Of a stretch of DNA of 64,000 bases, positions 35,949 to 46,111 are shown piece after piece (the first letter of the stretch is position 1; each line of letters starts with the position of its first letter). The translations under genes and the position numbers were made by a program. This DNA is from Candidatus Micrarchaeia archaeon (lineage in GTDB: Archaea > Micrarchaeota > Micrarchaeia > Anstonellales > J096), in the NCBI GenBank assembly GCA_041500865.1, contig JBGQMY010000003.1:6728-70727 (forward strand), given 5' to 3'. Below the pieces are notes generated by a model that saw only the letters and a program-made list of their open reading frames with translations, had not been told where the DNA came from and ran no database searches.

Positions 35949-38900
35949 ATGGCAGCCCTCAAAAACAAGCTACGAAGAGCAGTCGTCTACACGATGATTG
36001 CCGCTAACGCCGGTAATGCGAGCCCGGCATGGCTGCCGCGACATGAAAGATTGGGTGAAACAATGGCTGAAACAACCGTGAAGGGCGTTGAAAAGAAGGA
36101 CGAGGATGCCAGGCTCAAGAAGGGCGCGAAAATGCTTTATGACACGTACAAGAAGCTGTATCCCAAGGTCGATGAGAAACAATACTACATGTACCTTACG
36201 GCTTTCGGCAAAAAGCTGAACATATACAACGTGGAGGCCTTTAACACAAGCATCGGGGACGTAAGGAACATAGGGAATGGCCAGATGACCTTCATGGCGA
36301 TAAAAGAACTTGAAAGGCAGCGCTTGGAGAAGAAGGAGGCTGAAAGCTCCGGAAAGAGCTTTGTCCAGATGCAGAAGGAAAAAGAAACAAGGAGAGCGGA
36401 AACTGCCGGGCAAAGGGCAAAGAAAAGGGAGGCAGTCAAAGAAGAAGTTAGTAAGGTGATTACAGGCGGCGAGATAACGCCAGAGACCAAGCCTGCAAAG
36501 GTAACGGCTCCGGCCGTCATTGCCGGAAAAGGCATATTCGGGCAGACGCAAGGCGTTTTCCAGACGGAACAGAACGTCCTCAAAGGAAGCGACGGCAACG
36601 CAATGCTTGACAGCAGGGGCGCGGTCCAATACGCATATCCTTCAAACATGGCGTCGCTGCAGTCGCTTGGAGTGGTAGATTACAGCGCGCTGAAGGAAGC
36701 CACGGGAAATGATTTCATCGACCAGCTCAGGAAGAGCGAGGCAAAGGGCGGAACGGTCGAAGAAAGGGGCCAGAGGAGCTTCGAGACAACGGCAAGGATG
36801 ATAGGCGCGATAGTGCTTTACAACTCATTCGCATTCGCGGACAAGGCCGGGACAGTCAAGAAAAACCAGCTGAAGGATTATTGCGGCGACGACGGATACG
36901 CGGAAAACCTCGGGCGCGTGCTTTCGGCAAAGCCGCTGAGGAACCAGGGGCAGTTCATAGGCGAAGTGACGTCATTCATAGGGGCATACGTAAAGAACGG
37001 AAAGCTGACCGAGATAAACGGGGAAGGCAAGGACGAGAAGGGCAAGTCCAACGTGGGCATGTATGTCTATTCAATAGCCGCAATCGGCTCCGCATACACG
37101 CAGCGCGTGATAGGCGAAACGTTCGAGAGCCAGATGTCGTACCTCCAGGAAAGGAAGAAGGCCGCGGAGACGCAGAAGGCGGGGCTGGAAGGCCAGGTCA
37201 AGGAAGAGGCAAAGAGGCCCGCTGCCGCGCAGAGAGCCAAAAAATTGGCAGGTGAGGACGCGGAGACGCAGCTGAAAAAGGCTGATGCAGAAATACAGAG
37301 CATAACCGACATGACGGACAGCATCAGCAGCTACAGCTGGTACTACAAGAAGCCCATGACCGTGTCCGAGCTTTACAAAAGGCACAGGGACGAGGACAGG
37401 AAAAGGCTGACAAGCCTGAACGACTATGTCGGGGGCCTAAACATACCGCAAAGGATAAAGAGGCCGTTCCAGGACGCGCTTGAAAACGAAAAGACGCAGA
37501 TGGTGCTGCTCCAGATGGCCATAGAGGAGGCAAACCCCGAAGGGAGGATGACGCTTGCGGAGCTCAGGGAAAAAGGCAACATCTGGAGAAACTACAAGAC
37601 GCTTGTCACGCACAAACTCAAGGAGATAGCGACTTACAAGCTCAACAAGGGCCAAAGACTGATTTACGTGATGCTCAACAACAGGTACGGGGACCTCGTT
37701 GATGCCATAGAGGCAAAGCTGGGGCCTGAGGAGACGGCCAGGTTCATAGTGGACCTTGCAGACCCGTCGCAGGCAAAGAAGCAGGGCATGAGCTACGACG
37801 ACTACATAAGGGCCACGCTCAAGGATAAATGGATAAATGGAGGCATTTCCCCTGTAAAGGATGCAAAGGGCAGCATCCTAAAGGACCCAAGGGGCAACGT
37901 CATAAAAAGAGGCAGAAGCTGCCTTGATGATTACAGGAGCGGGTTCAACAGCAGCTACGGGCAAAAATCCGGCAGCCTGGACAGCCAAAGGTTTCCGGAC
38001 AAGCTGGTTGCGTCGCTTGTCATAGACCACAGGATAACGCAGGCGGAGCTGGACTTCCTGATTGCGAACAGGGGCGACATGAAGCCGGAGGAGGCGCTCA
38101 ACGCATTCAACGCCAAGCTCAACGACGCAAAGAAGAATTTCAACGAGAAGTCATATTCCACGGTAAAGCGCATGGTGGACGAGGCGCAGGGTCTCATAGG
38201 GTTTGACAAGGCGTATTATGAGGAGTTCAGGGACATAATACTTGTGAGGCTGGCCTTGATAGACATGACAAACCGGGCAACCCAGCGCACGTCAAGCCTT
38301 ACGCTGGACGGAATAATTGAAGGCAACCTGTCCGGGGTCAGGGCATTCGGGGCAAAGACGGCGGCGCTCGTTGCCAAGGTTGACGAGATTGCGCCTTTGG
38401 AGAAGATGCCGGACAACATAACCGGCGACGCCAAAGGGGTGCTGCTCCAGAGGGCGCGCACGCAGAGAATCAACGCGTACATAGAGCTTTTCAACAACGA
38501 GTTCTTCACGCTGAACGATGAAAGATATACCAAGATAACGGTGCAGAGGCTGAACGACTTCAAGCTCAGGCTTGACACGTGGGAGGAGGTGCTCAAAACG
38601 ATGAAGGAGGACGACCCGTACCACATCGCGAAGGACACTGTGCTCAGGGCCGGATGCATCCGGACGCTTGAGTCCATGAAGCAAAGGCTTGACGCAATCA
38701 TGAAGGAGGTCGGCGACAAAGGCATTGACCTGAGCGAAATAAAGGACCCTGGCGACAGGTTCCTGCTGGACCTTGTCATAAACGGAAGGGTCATCATCGC
38801 AGGAATCAACGGGTTCAGGTATTACGACAACGTCGCAACCGTGGACAGGCAGGGCTTCATACCCGTGATATTCTACTTCCTGAACAACATACAGCTCAAC

Positions 38901-41399
38901 GCCGAGGAGAACAGGTCGTACCTTGACCATGTGCTCAAAATGCCGGAAGGCAATGGCATAGACGTGTGGGAAGCGCCTGAAACAATAGCGCAGCAGCTGG
39001 AGACGGAAAGGAGCAACCGCATAGAAAACATGAGGTCGGAAGGCTGGAAGACGATAATGGGAAGCAGCGACAAGGCAACCGAGATGTACAGGATGCTGGG
39101 GTTCCAGCAGGCGTATGACTATTACTCCTCCTACCTGAAAAAGAACAAGGACAGCACATACGATTACAGCGACGCATCAGCCCTTGACGCTGAGCTGGAG
39201 CGGATTTTCGGAAAGGACATGCTCGACAACGTGAACCTGTCTGTAAAGTTCGCCATGAACATGTACACACCCAATAGGAATGTCTCCAAATACGACCTTG
39301 ACAGGCTGTCTACCCGGTTCAAGATGGTCCTGGCATCCAACCTTGTCCTGGAGGCGCCGTACTACGACTTGAGCAACACGGCAAAGCAGGGCTCCAAGAG
39401 CATTCCCGTTTCCGTGACAAAGAAGGACGGGGCAAAGGAGAGTGTCAATATCCAGTACCACGACAACATGGTGCAGAGATGGATAGAGGGCTACCGCAGC
39501 GCAAGGATTGGCGGGATATCCGTTGACAAGGACATGATTGAGGGCTTCATAGGCAGCATAGCGCAATGCAAATGGGCAGCGACGCTCAAGCCTGGCCAGT
39601 ATTCCATAACGTTCGAGAACGACCTGCACGAATTGAGGTCTTTCGACGTCACGGTAAGCAAGGTCGGTGGCGACATGAAAGGCGCGGCAGCCAACATAAA
39701 GATAGAGCCGATGTCCACGCTTGAGGACCTGCTGAAGACGCCCGGCGGATTCAGGGCGTACGAGGGCGACAGGATAGTCATGAGGAACAAGGCCGACAAC
39801 AGCGTGGCGCTGGCAACAAAGTCCAATTTCGGGGTTTTGATGGTGGCGAGCGCAAAGGTCGGCGGAAGGGGATTCGAGAATGCCGTAAACCAGGTGTCGC
39901 TGATGAACGACAACCTCGTGCCTGACGGAAGGCTTGAGGAGGGAACGCAGCCCGCATCGTTCTGGACAGGGCTGTACTTTGCCGTTACGAAGAAGGAGGC
40001 CATGTCATTCATCTCAAACAGGCAGATGGCGCTGTACGACATCGCGGCGACCTTCAGGCCAATCCGCGACATCAGGCCCGAGGTGCCTGTCAAGGTGACA
40101 AAAGTCCTTGGCAAGGAAACGCTGGACTTTGCGGCGCTCATAGGCGCCCCAAGCGATGCCGGAATATCCACCACGTGGGTGGATGCCGGCGGAGCGGTGC
40201 ACAACTGGTTCTCGGAGATGGCTGAAGGAAAACTGACAATAGACGAGAATGGGAACCTTTCTGCGCAGATAATGTCAAGGGCGACAGGAACGCAGCTCAT
40301 GCTCGGCGAGCTCAAAACGGAGCTTGACAGGCTTGGCTACACCGACGGCACGCCGCAAAGGGCCATCATACTGCAGCACCTGTTCGGCACAGGGCCGTAC
40401 AACGACAACATGGTAATCGAGGTCGTGGCGACCCAGCAGGGCAACAGGATATTCATAGTGACTAAAGGCGCGCAGAACATGGCACAGGCGGAGATAGGCA
40501 TTGAAATAGACAGGCAGACCATATCGGAAATGAGGTACGGATACCTCACCGACAGGCTAAGGCTCTTCATAGCGACGCAGACGCAGCTGAAGCTCGGGAA
40601 CGAGATAATAAACGTAAGGGTTGAGCTTGGGAAGACCGCAGCCGATTTCCAAAGCATGAAGAGGTTCAAGGACATCAAGACTGCGATAGTGAACGCATAC
40701 CTCAGCTCGAACATATTCGGCGCGGGATGGAGCACGGTGCTTTCTGAAAGCGGGAATGCGGTGACAGTGCAGCCGTACCTTGTGGCTTACCTGGAGCACA
40801 TGATGCCCAACGACCTGCAGAGGATAATCGAGACCGGCGGCGGAGTTTCCGGAATCCTGGAGACCGCAAATGCGGAATTCGGCGCCACCCCGCAGCTGAC
40901 AGGCATAACAGTCGGGCAAGGGGGGGACTGGATGGTAACCCCGAGCCTGAACCTGTACCAGAGATGGTTCACGGGAAGGCATTTTGACCTGTACCAGAGC
41001 GCTTCGGTGCACTACAGGTTCCCCACAGCCGGTCTCGTGGACAGGGTAAGCAAGGGGCATCTTGGGGGAACCTGGGGGGGTGGGGGGAACCTCGGATTCG
41101 ACTACATAATAGACAGGAACTGGAGGATGGGCCTTGGCGGAGGGTATGAATACGCCCCAATCTCCATACAGGCGCCTGTAAGCGTGTTCAGCTCCAGCGC
41201 CAGCATATCGTTCAGGAACAGGCTTTCGCTTGAGGTGATGGCCAACTACCAGCTGGACAAGGACTGGGGAACGGAGAACCTGCCTGTGCTGGGCCGCGGA
41301 GTCGTCGCAGGCAAGGCCGCGCTTGTCTACAACATCGGAAGGCTTGACTTCACCCCAAAGGAAAAGGGAACAGCAGCGAAGAAGGGCGGTAAGAAATGA
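35949..41399 (+). CDS. giant protein (1816 aa) of unknown function; Gly-rich C-terminal region
   Basis: Single uninterrupted ORF; possible RR-containing N-terminal signal (KLRRAVVYTMIAANAGNA); C-terminal 'GGTWGGGGNLGFDYIIDRNWRMGLGGGYEY'; stop overlaps start of next gene. Confidence 0.7.
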   Translation: MAALKNKLRRAVVYTMIAANAGNASPAWLPRHERLGETMAETTVKGVEKKDEDARLKKGAKMLYDTYKKLYPKVDEKQYYMYLTAFGKKLNIYNVEAFNTSIGDVRNIGNGQMTFMAIKELERQRLEKKEAESSGKSFVQMQKEKETRRAETAGQRAKKREAVKEEVSKVITGGEITPETKPAKVTAPAVIAGKGIFGQTQGVFQTEQNVLKGSDGNAMLDSRGAVQYAYPSNMASLQSLGVVDYSALKEATGNDFIDQLRKSEAKGGTVEERGQRSFETTARMIGAIVLYNSFAFADKAGTVKKNQLKDYCGDDGYAENLGRVLSAKPLRNQGQFIGEVTSFIGAYVKNGKLTEINGEGKDEKGKSNVGMYVYSIAAIGSAYTQRVIGETFESQMSYLQERKKAAETQKAGLEGQVKEEAKRPAAAQRAKKLAGEDAETQLKKADAEIQSITDMTDSISSYSWYYKKPMTVSELYKRHRDEDRKRLTSLNDYVGGLNIPQRIKRPFQDALENEKTQMVLLQMAIEEANPEGRMTLAELREKGNIWRNYKTLVTHKLKEIATYKLNKGQRLIYVMLNNRYGDLVDAIEAKLGPEETARFIVDLADPSQAKKQGMSYDDYIRATLKDKWINGGISPVKDAKGSILKDPRGNVIKRGRSCLDDYRSGFNSSYGQKSGSLDSQRFPDKLVASLVIDHRITQAELDFLIANRGDMKPEEALNAFNAKLNDAKKNFNEKSYSTVKRMVDEAQGLIGFDKAYYEEFRDIILVRLALIDMTNRATQRTSSLTLDGIIEGNLSGVRAFGAKTAALVAKVDEIAPLEKMPDNITGDAKGVLLQRARTQRINAYIELFNNEFFTLNDERYTKITVQRLNDFKLRLDTWEEVLKTMKEDDPYHIAKDTVLRAGCIRTLESMKQRLDAIMKEVGDKGIDLSEIKDPGDRFLLDLVINGRVIIAGINGFRYYDNVATVDRQGFIPVIFYFLNNIQLNAEENRSYLDHVLKMPEGNGIDVWEAPETIAQQLETERSNRIENMRSEGWKTIMGSSDKATEMYRMLGFQQAYDYYSSYLKKNKDSTYDYSDASALDAELERIFGKDMLDNVNLSVKFAMNMYTPNRNVSKYDLDRLSTRFKMVLASNLVLEAPYYDLSNTAKQGSKSIPVSVTKKDGAKESVNIQYHDNMVQRWIEGYRSARIGGISVDKDMIEGFIGSIAQCKWAATLKPGQYSITFENDLHELRSFDVTVSKVGGDMKGAAANIKIEPMSTLEDLLKTPGGFRAYEGDRIVMRNKADNSVALATKSNFGVLMVASAKVGGRGFENAVNQVSLMNDNLVPDGRLEEGTQPASFWTGLYFAVTKKEAMSFISNRQMALYDIAATFRPIRDIRPEVPVKVTKVLGKETLDFAALIGAPSDAGISTTWVDAGGAVHNWFSEMAEGKLTIDENGNLSAQIMSRATGTQLMLGELKTELDRLGYTDGTPQRAIILQHLFGTGPYNDNMVIEVVATQQGNRIFIVTKGAQNMAQAEIGIEIDRQTISEMRYGYLTDRLRLFIATQTQLKLGNEIINVRVELGKTAADFQSMKRFKDIKTAIVNAYLSSNIFGAGWSTVLSESGNAVTVQPYLVAYLEHMMPNDLQRIIETGGGVSGILETANAEFGATPQLTGITVGQGGDWMVTPSLNLYQRWFTGRHFDLYQSASVHYRFPTAGLVDRVSKGHLGGTWGGGGNLGFDYIIDRNWRMGLGGGYEYAPISIQAPVSVFSSSASISFRNRLSLEVMANYQLDKDWGTENLPVLGRGVVAGKAALVYNIGRLDFTPKEKGTAAKKGGKK

Positions 41400-43003
41400 G
41401 AATGCTGAAACTGGCGTTTGCGATTTGCCTGCTCGCCGGCGTTTCGCTGGCGCTGCAGTGGGGGGGAAGCGCGACCAGCAACGTAAGGTACGACGGCGGA
41501 AGCATAGCGACTTCCTGCATTGGCGAGCCAAGGCAGGACCCGTTCGACCTTTACGCCAACATACTGCATACGCTAACGGTCAACGCAAGCCTGACGCAGA
41601 ACGGCGTTGAGCCGGCCGAGTTTTCCTCAGGGCCGGCAAACCTGGACATAAGGGTGACGACGAACACCAGCATAGGCGCCATACTCGCGTCCTCATCGCT
41701 TAATTTCAACCAGAATGCGCAGCCTTCTCCTGCCGCAGCGAACCTTGCGTTTGACAATGCGGAATACAGCTACATAAGCAGCAAGTATCCGGTCTGCATA
41801 AACGAGGACCCCTCAAGGCCCGACGACAGGGGCGTGCATTACCTCAACTACATTTACGGCAGCGCAACGTGCAACCATGCAATGAGTGCCGCGGACGCAG
41901 TAACCGTCAATGTCGGATACAAGCCGTGCATGGCGGGGCCTGTCAGCGGCATGGGCAAGGGATACATGTACTGCACCGGCGGAACGCTCAAGGTCAATGG
42001 GCTGAACGCAGGCACGTTTTCATCCAGCCAGCAGTCATTCAGCACGACGGTAAATCTCGCAACAGGCACGACATCCATTCCCGTGTCAGTCACATACCAG
42101 TGCTACTTCGTTTTGGAAAAATACCTCAACACCGGGGACGTCCAGCCGATTGAACACCTGATATACCAGATGCCTGGCGGAGTGCCGATAACGCAGACTG
42201 TCAACATACCCATAAACAGGGTCAATCCGCCGCAAATCAACCTCGTGCCGTTCATAACGCTGAACAACACCAACTATTATACCGGGACGCATGTAACCGT
42301 AAACAAGGTCAATACGAAATTCGACATATCGTTCTTTGTCAACAGGACGGACAATCTCGTGCTGATAGAGACGCCATACCTGAACTGGTCAATAACGTCA
42401 ACGCCGCCCGAGCTAATCACCAGGACATACAGGGACTTCAAGCTCGTCCCTCCGCTCACTGTAGGGACGCCGCACCATCTGGTTCCGTCAGGCACAACGC
42501 CGCCCATAACAATAACGGTCTGCAGGCCAGGATTTGACACTGACACTATCACGCTGAACATCAACCAATGGAGGTCAATAATAGAGAGCAGCTACGACGA
42601 CAACAGCATAACAATAACGTTTGACTGCAGCAGCCTGGACAATCCCATGTGCACGTTCAACCCAAGCACCCTGATAACGTATCCTGGCCAGACGAAGATG
42701 ACGAACATGAGCTGCTACGACAAGAGGACTATGGAGCCCATGGACTGCCCCTCATACAGCGATGCGTCAATAACCCACGCAAACGGGGAATTTTCGAGCC
42801 ATTACCTACCCCTGGCATGGACGTATGACATCAGCGAGAATGCGACCAACCTGGTCAATGTAACCGCAATAGGAGGCACGAACCCTGACGAGGGGACTTA
42901 CAGCGACACTGTCACGGCGACGTTCCCTGGCAGCTACGTCCAGCCGTTCAGTTGCAAATTCAACCTTGAATGGGGAAGGCCCGACTGCAGGTATTACATG
43001 TAG
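41396..43003 (+). CDS. secreted Cys-rich, N-glycosylation-sequon-rich protein, translationally coupled to the giant ORF
   Basis: Signal peptide MRMLKLAFAICLLAGVSLALQW; ~20 Cys; >15 NxS/T sequons; ATGA overlap with 35949..41399. Confidence 0.7.
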   Translation: MRMLKLAFAICLLAGVSLALQWGGSATSNVRYDGGSIATSCIGEPRQDPFDLYANILHTLTVNASLTQNGVEPAEFSSGPANLDIRVTTNTSIGAILASSSLNFNQNAQPSPAAANLAFDNAEYSYISSKYPVCINEDPSRPDDRGVHYLNYIYGSATCNHAMSAADAVTVNVGYKPCMAGPVSGMGKGYMYCTGGTLKVNGLNAGTFSSSQQSFSTTVNLATGTTSIPVSVTYQCYFVLEKYLNTGDVQPIEHLIYQMPGGVPITQTVNIPINRVNPPQINLVPFITLNNTNYYTGTHVTVNKVNTKFDISFFVNRTDNLVLIETPYLNWSITSTPPELITRTYRDFKLVPPLTVGTPHHLVPSGTTPPITITVCRPGFDTDTITLNINQWRSIIESSYDDNSITITFDCSSLDNPMCTFNPSTLITYPGQTKMTNMSCYDKRTMEPMDCPSYSDASITHANGEFSSHYLPLAWTYDISENATNLVNVTAIGGTNPDEGTYSDTVTATFPGSYVQPFSCKFNLEWGRPDCRYYM

Positions 43004-43464
43004 TCTGTTATTGAGCAGAACGCATCCCTGCTCTTGCCGAGCAGGAAAACCCTTTTTTTCATCCTGTTGGCCTTTTTCATCACGCTTTCGCTTGAGGTAA
43101 GTATGTCCCTGAAGCCCGGATACTTTTCCAAATCGGCTTCATTGTCCGCCTTCAGGAGGCTGAACTTTGGATTGAAATTCTCCGGGACATTGGGCGGGAT
43201 GAACGCAACCCGCACGTCCATTGCATATAGCTTGTCAAGGAAGCGGATTTTCGGCATCTCTACCTGGATGAACAGCATCCGCGTGAGCGCGTCGTATATG
43301 TCAAGGTTCTTGCTGACGCCCTTTTCAAGGTCCTTGTCAATTATATGCAGCAAATCCGCGTCTATGCTCCGCGCGACCTCTATGGCAGGGCCGACCTTCC
43401 TCAGCGAGCTGTTGAAAAACGAGTAGAACGACTTGCCCCTGAGGCAGAGCCTGTAGCCTTTCAA
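42994..43464 (-). CDS. hypothetical protein
   Basis: 156-aa ORF with 4-nt overlap to hisS; no recognisable motif. Confidence 0.35.
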   Translation of the reverse strand: MKGYRLCLRGKSFYSFFNSSLRKVGPAIEVARSIDADLLHIIDKDLEKGVSKNLDIYDALTRMLFIQVEMPKIRFLDKLYAMDVRVAFIPPNVPENFNPKFSLLKADNEADLEKYPGFRDILTSSESVMKKANRMKKRVFLLGKSRDAFCSITDYM

Positions 43465-44684
43465 GACAGCTTCCCCCCTAGCTTGGAGATTGGAACTGCC
43501 TCTTCCTTGCCGCTCTTCATGTCCCTTAAAACGGCCTTGCCTTCGGCATACTCCTTAGGCCCGACAATCACGATGAACGGCATCGCCATCTTGTTGGCAT
43601 AGTCCAGCTGCGCAGAAAGCGACCTTTTTGAATAGTTCATGTCTGCATTGATTCCTGCCTTCCTTAATGCCGAGGCCACTTCAAACGCCTCCTTTTCCAT
43701 GTCCTTGACCCAGGCGACGTATGCCTTTGCATACGTTTTGACTGAAGGCGGCTGCTCCTTTCTCAAAAGATAGTAAAGCCTCTCAAACCCGAAGCTTATG
43801 CCTGCAGCGCAGTCCGGCTGGCCATACATGCCAAGCAGGCTGTCATACCTTCCGCCTGCGCAAACAGTGCCGATTTCCTCGCTGAGCTTGAGCTCGTAGA
43901 TGGGGCCTGTGTAATAATCAAGGCCTCTGACAAGATATGGCTTTATCTCGGCGTTATTGAAACGTTCAAGGATGTACTCCAGCTCCTTCGCGCCTTCCTC
44001 GCTGAACTTGGAGAGGTAGGACAAAAGCTTCTTATTGTCGCCCTCCACGAAAACGTCGGAAACGATTTCCTTTGCCTTTTCCTTGCCAAACGCCTTGGAA
44101 AGGTCCGAAAGCACGCCATCCTTTCCGGTCCTGTCGTACTTGTCTATTATCCTCAGCGCGGAATCCCTGTCCACGTTCCATTTTGCAGCCATGCCTTCCA
44201 GTATCTTCCTGCTGTTCAGCCAGAATTTCGCCTCTGAAACGTCAAACCCTGTTGCCTTCAATCCCTCAACCGCGAGGCTGAGAAGCTCCACTTCCGCTGA
44301 CTGCTCCTTCACGCCTATGATGTCGCAGTCTGCCTGCACGAATTCGCGGTACCTTGCCTTCTGCGGCTCCTCGTTGCGCCATACCGTGCCTATCGCATAA
44401 CGCTTGAAAGGCTTGTAAAGCGAAAGGTTGGATGCGGCATAGCGCGCAAGCGGAACGGTCAGGTCGAACCTCAGGCCGATGTTTTCTCCCTCAATCTTGA
44501 AAATTTCCTCCTTCACGGCCTCCCCGCTTTTTTTCGTCAGCGTGGAAAGGAATTCCATGGAGCCTGTTTCTGCAGGGTAGAACCCGTATTTCCTGAACAC
44601 GGCCCTGAGGCTGTCTGCCATTTTTTCCCTTTGCATGCTTTCCTCCACAGTGAAATCCCTTATGCCTGTCGGGGTCTGCTCCAT
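43461..44684 (-). CDS. hisS: histidyl-tRNA synthetase
   Basis: 407 aa class IIa HisRS; motif-2 region 'FRNE…' and His-binding region. Confidence 0.9.
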   Translation of the reverse strand: MEQTPTGIRDFTVEESMQREKMADSLRAVFRKYGFYPAETGSMEFLSTLTKKSGEAVKEEIFKIEGENIGLRFDLTVPLARYAASNLSLYKPFKRYAIGTVWRNEEPQKARYREFVQADCDIIGVKEQSAEVELLSLAVEGLKATGFDVSEAKFWLNSRKILEGMAAKWNVDRDSALRIIDKYDRTGKDGVLSDLSKAFGKEKAKEIVSDVFVEGDNKKLLSYLSKFSEEGAKELEYILERFNNAEIKPYLVRGLDYYTGPIYELKLSEEIGTVCAGGRYDSLLGMYGQPDCAAGISFGFERLYYLLRKEQPPSVKTYAKAYVAWVKDMEKEAFEVASALRKAGINADMNYSKRSLSAQLDYANKMAMPFIVIVGPKEYAEGKAVLRDMKSGKEEAVPISKLGGKLS

Positions 44685-44732
44685 GAGACAGAAGAAAGCA
44701 GGAAGAGTATAAAAGATTAGCGTTTTTGCGCG

Positions 44733-46043
44733 TCAGAGGGAGTTTATCTTTCTGCTGAACTCCATCATCCTGGGGTCGCCGAGCAGGAACCCCTTCTTCA
44801 GCTCTGCCTTGATTGCCCTGAGGAACATTTTCGCCCCTGCCCTGTCCCTCCTTTTCTTTGCAAGCTCATAAGCCCTTTTTGTTATGGACTCGAAGTCCAG
44901 CGCTGGCGTTATCCTGTACATTGAGTTGCTGAGCAGGACCTTCCTTGCCGTCTTTAGCGCCTTTTTCTCCCTGCCATTGTCGGCTATCCTGAGATAGAGC
45001 GCGCGGGCGCCGGCTCCCAGGCCCAGCAAACCGATTACTGCAATGATTCCGTATGTTGCGTACCTGATTATCTTCTTTTCCGTAGCCAAGAACTTTGCAA
45101 ACCCTGAAGGCTCGGCATTCTTCGCAGGCTCTGCGGCTGCGACTGTTTGCTGGGCGGCATGGACGTGCCTTATTATTGATGCCGCATGATGCTCATGATG
45201 CTTCTTTTTGGCTTCCTTTATGATTTTTGTTATTTTTGCGGCTGCGGCATGCACCGGCCTTGGCTTCGGCTTGGCAGCAAAGGCGGGCTTGCTCGCCCTT
45301 GGCTGAGTCACCCTTGTGTTATCTGTCGGCAGGTTCTGCTTTGCAACTGCAGGCGCCTTTGGCTCTGCAATTGCAGGCTTTTGCGGAACTGCCGTCATGG
45401 AGCCGTTCCAAACGTGTTGCGTGTCGTTTGCAGTCGTGGTTGCAGGTTCTGCAGCCTGTGCGCCTGTACCTGAGCCGCAGTACTTGTCGTATGTGTTTTC
45501 AAGGCCGTCCATGACAACGAAAACCGAATTCGGGATGGACCTCAGGTTTGCGCTGGTCGAATCGCCGTTCACGTAGACCATATGAAGGACGAGGGTGCCG
45601 GGCGAAACGACCGGAACGCCCTTTCCCTTTATCTCGCCCACAACGTCACCAAGCAGAAGCAGGGACCTGCGGTTGAGGCCCTTTGCGCTGAAATAATCGT
45701 TTACCACGTCGTTTATCTGCGACGCATCGGTTGAATTGGAGAAAAGCCAGAGCAGGTTGTCCCTTGCCTTTGCCTCCCTTGCGGTGGGCTTTTGTATGCC
45801 AACGTCGCTGAAGATGGAGTCCACTGACCAGGTCCTTTCTGACTCTGATTTGGAGAAAAGCGAGGAAACGAGCTCCGCCTTGGACGTTGTGTCCGCAAGC
45901 GGCTCGGCAAAGGAAATGCTTTTTCCTATTGTCGGGCTTAGCGCAACAGCCATGCCGGTTGCTATGATTACTGATATCGGCACTCTTTTTTGGGCATATT
46001 TGCTAGCAGTGTTGTTTCTCCATACGCCTTCTGCCTTTACCAT
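44733..46043 (-). CDS. hypothetical type-I membrane protein (signal peptide, Ala-rich ectodomain, TM, conserved cytoplasmic tail)
   Basis: 436 aa; C-terminal ~70 aa similar to C-terminus of 46112..46870 (…DPRM…). Confidence 0.45.
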   Translation of the reverse strand: MVKAEGVWRNNTASKYAQKRVPISVIIATGMAVALSPTIGKSISFAEPLADTTSKAELVSSLFSKSESERTWSVDSIFSDVGIQKPTAREAKARDNLLWLFSNSTDASQINDVVNDYFSAKGLNRRSLLLLGDVVGEIKGKGVPVVSPGTLVLHMVYVNGDSTSANLRSIPNSVFVVMDGLENTYDKYCGSGTGAQAAEPATTTANDTQHVWNGSMTAVPQKPAIAEPKAPAVAKQNLPTDNTRVTQPRASKPAFAAKPKPRPVHAAAAKITKIIKEAKKKHHEHHAASIIRHVHAAQQTVAAAEPAKNAEPSGFAKFLATEKKIIRYATYGIIAVIGLLGLGAGARALYLRIADNGREKKALKTARKVLLSNSMYRITPALDFESITKRAYELAKKRRDRAGAKMFLRAIKAELKKGFLLGDPRMMEFSRKINSL

Positions 46044-46111
46044 ATTTATCCACTATTATATACACAAAAAGAGTTTTTAAACCTATCTGCCTGTCCCGCC
46101 ATTTAAAAGGC

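Noticed and set aside
36185-41531. Multiple 150-320-aa minus-strand ORFs within 35949..41399
   Set aside because: All lie antisense to one uninterrupted 1816-aa + strand ORF and have low-complexity composition; none has a credible start or context.
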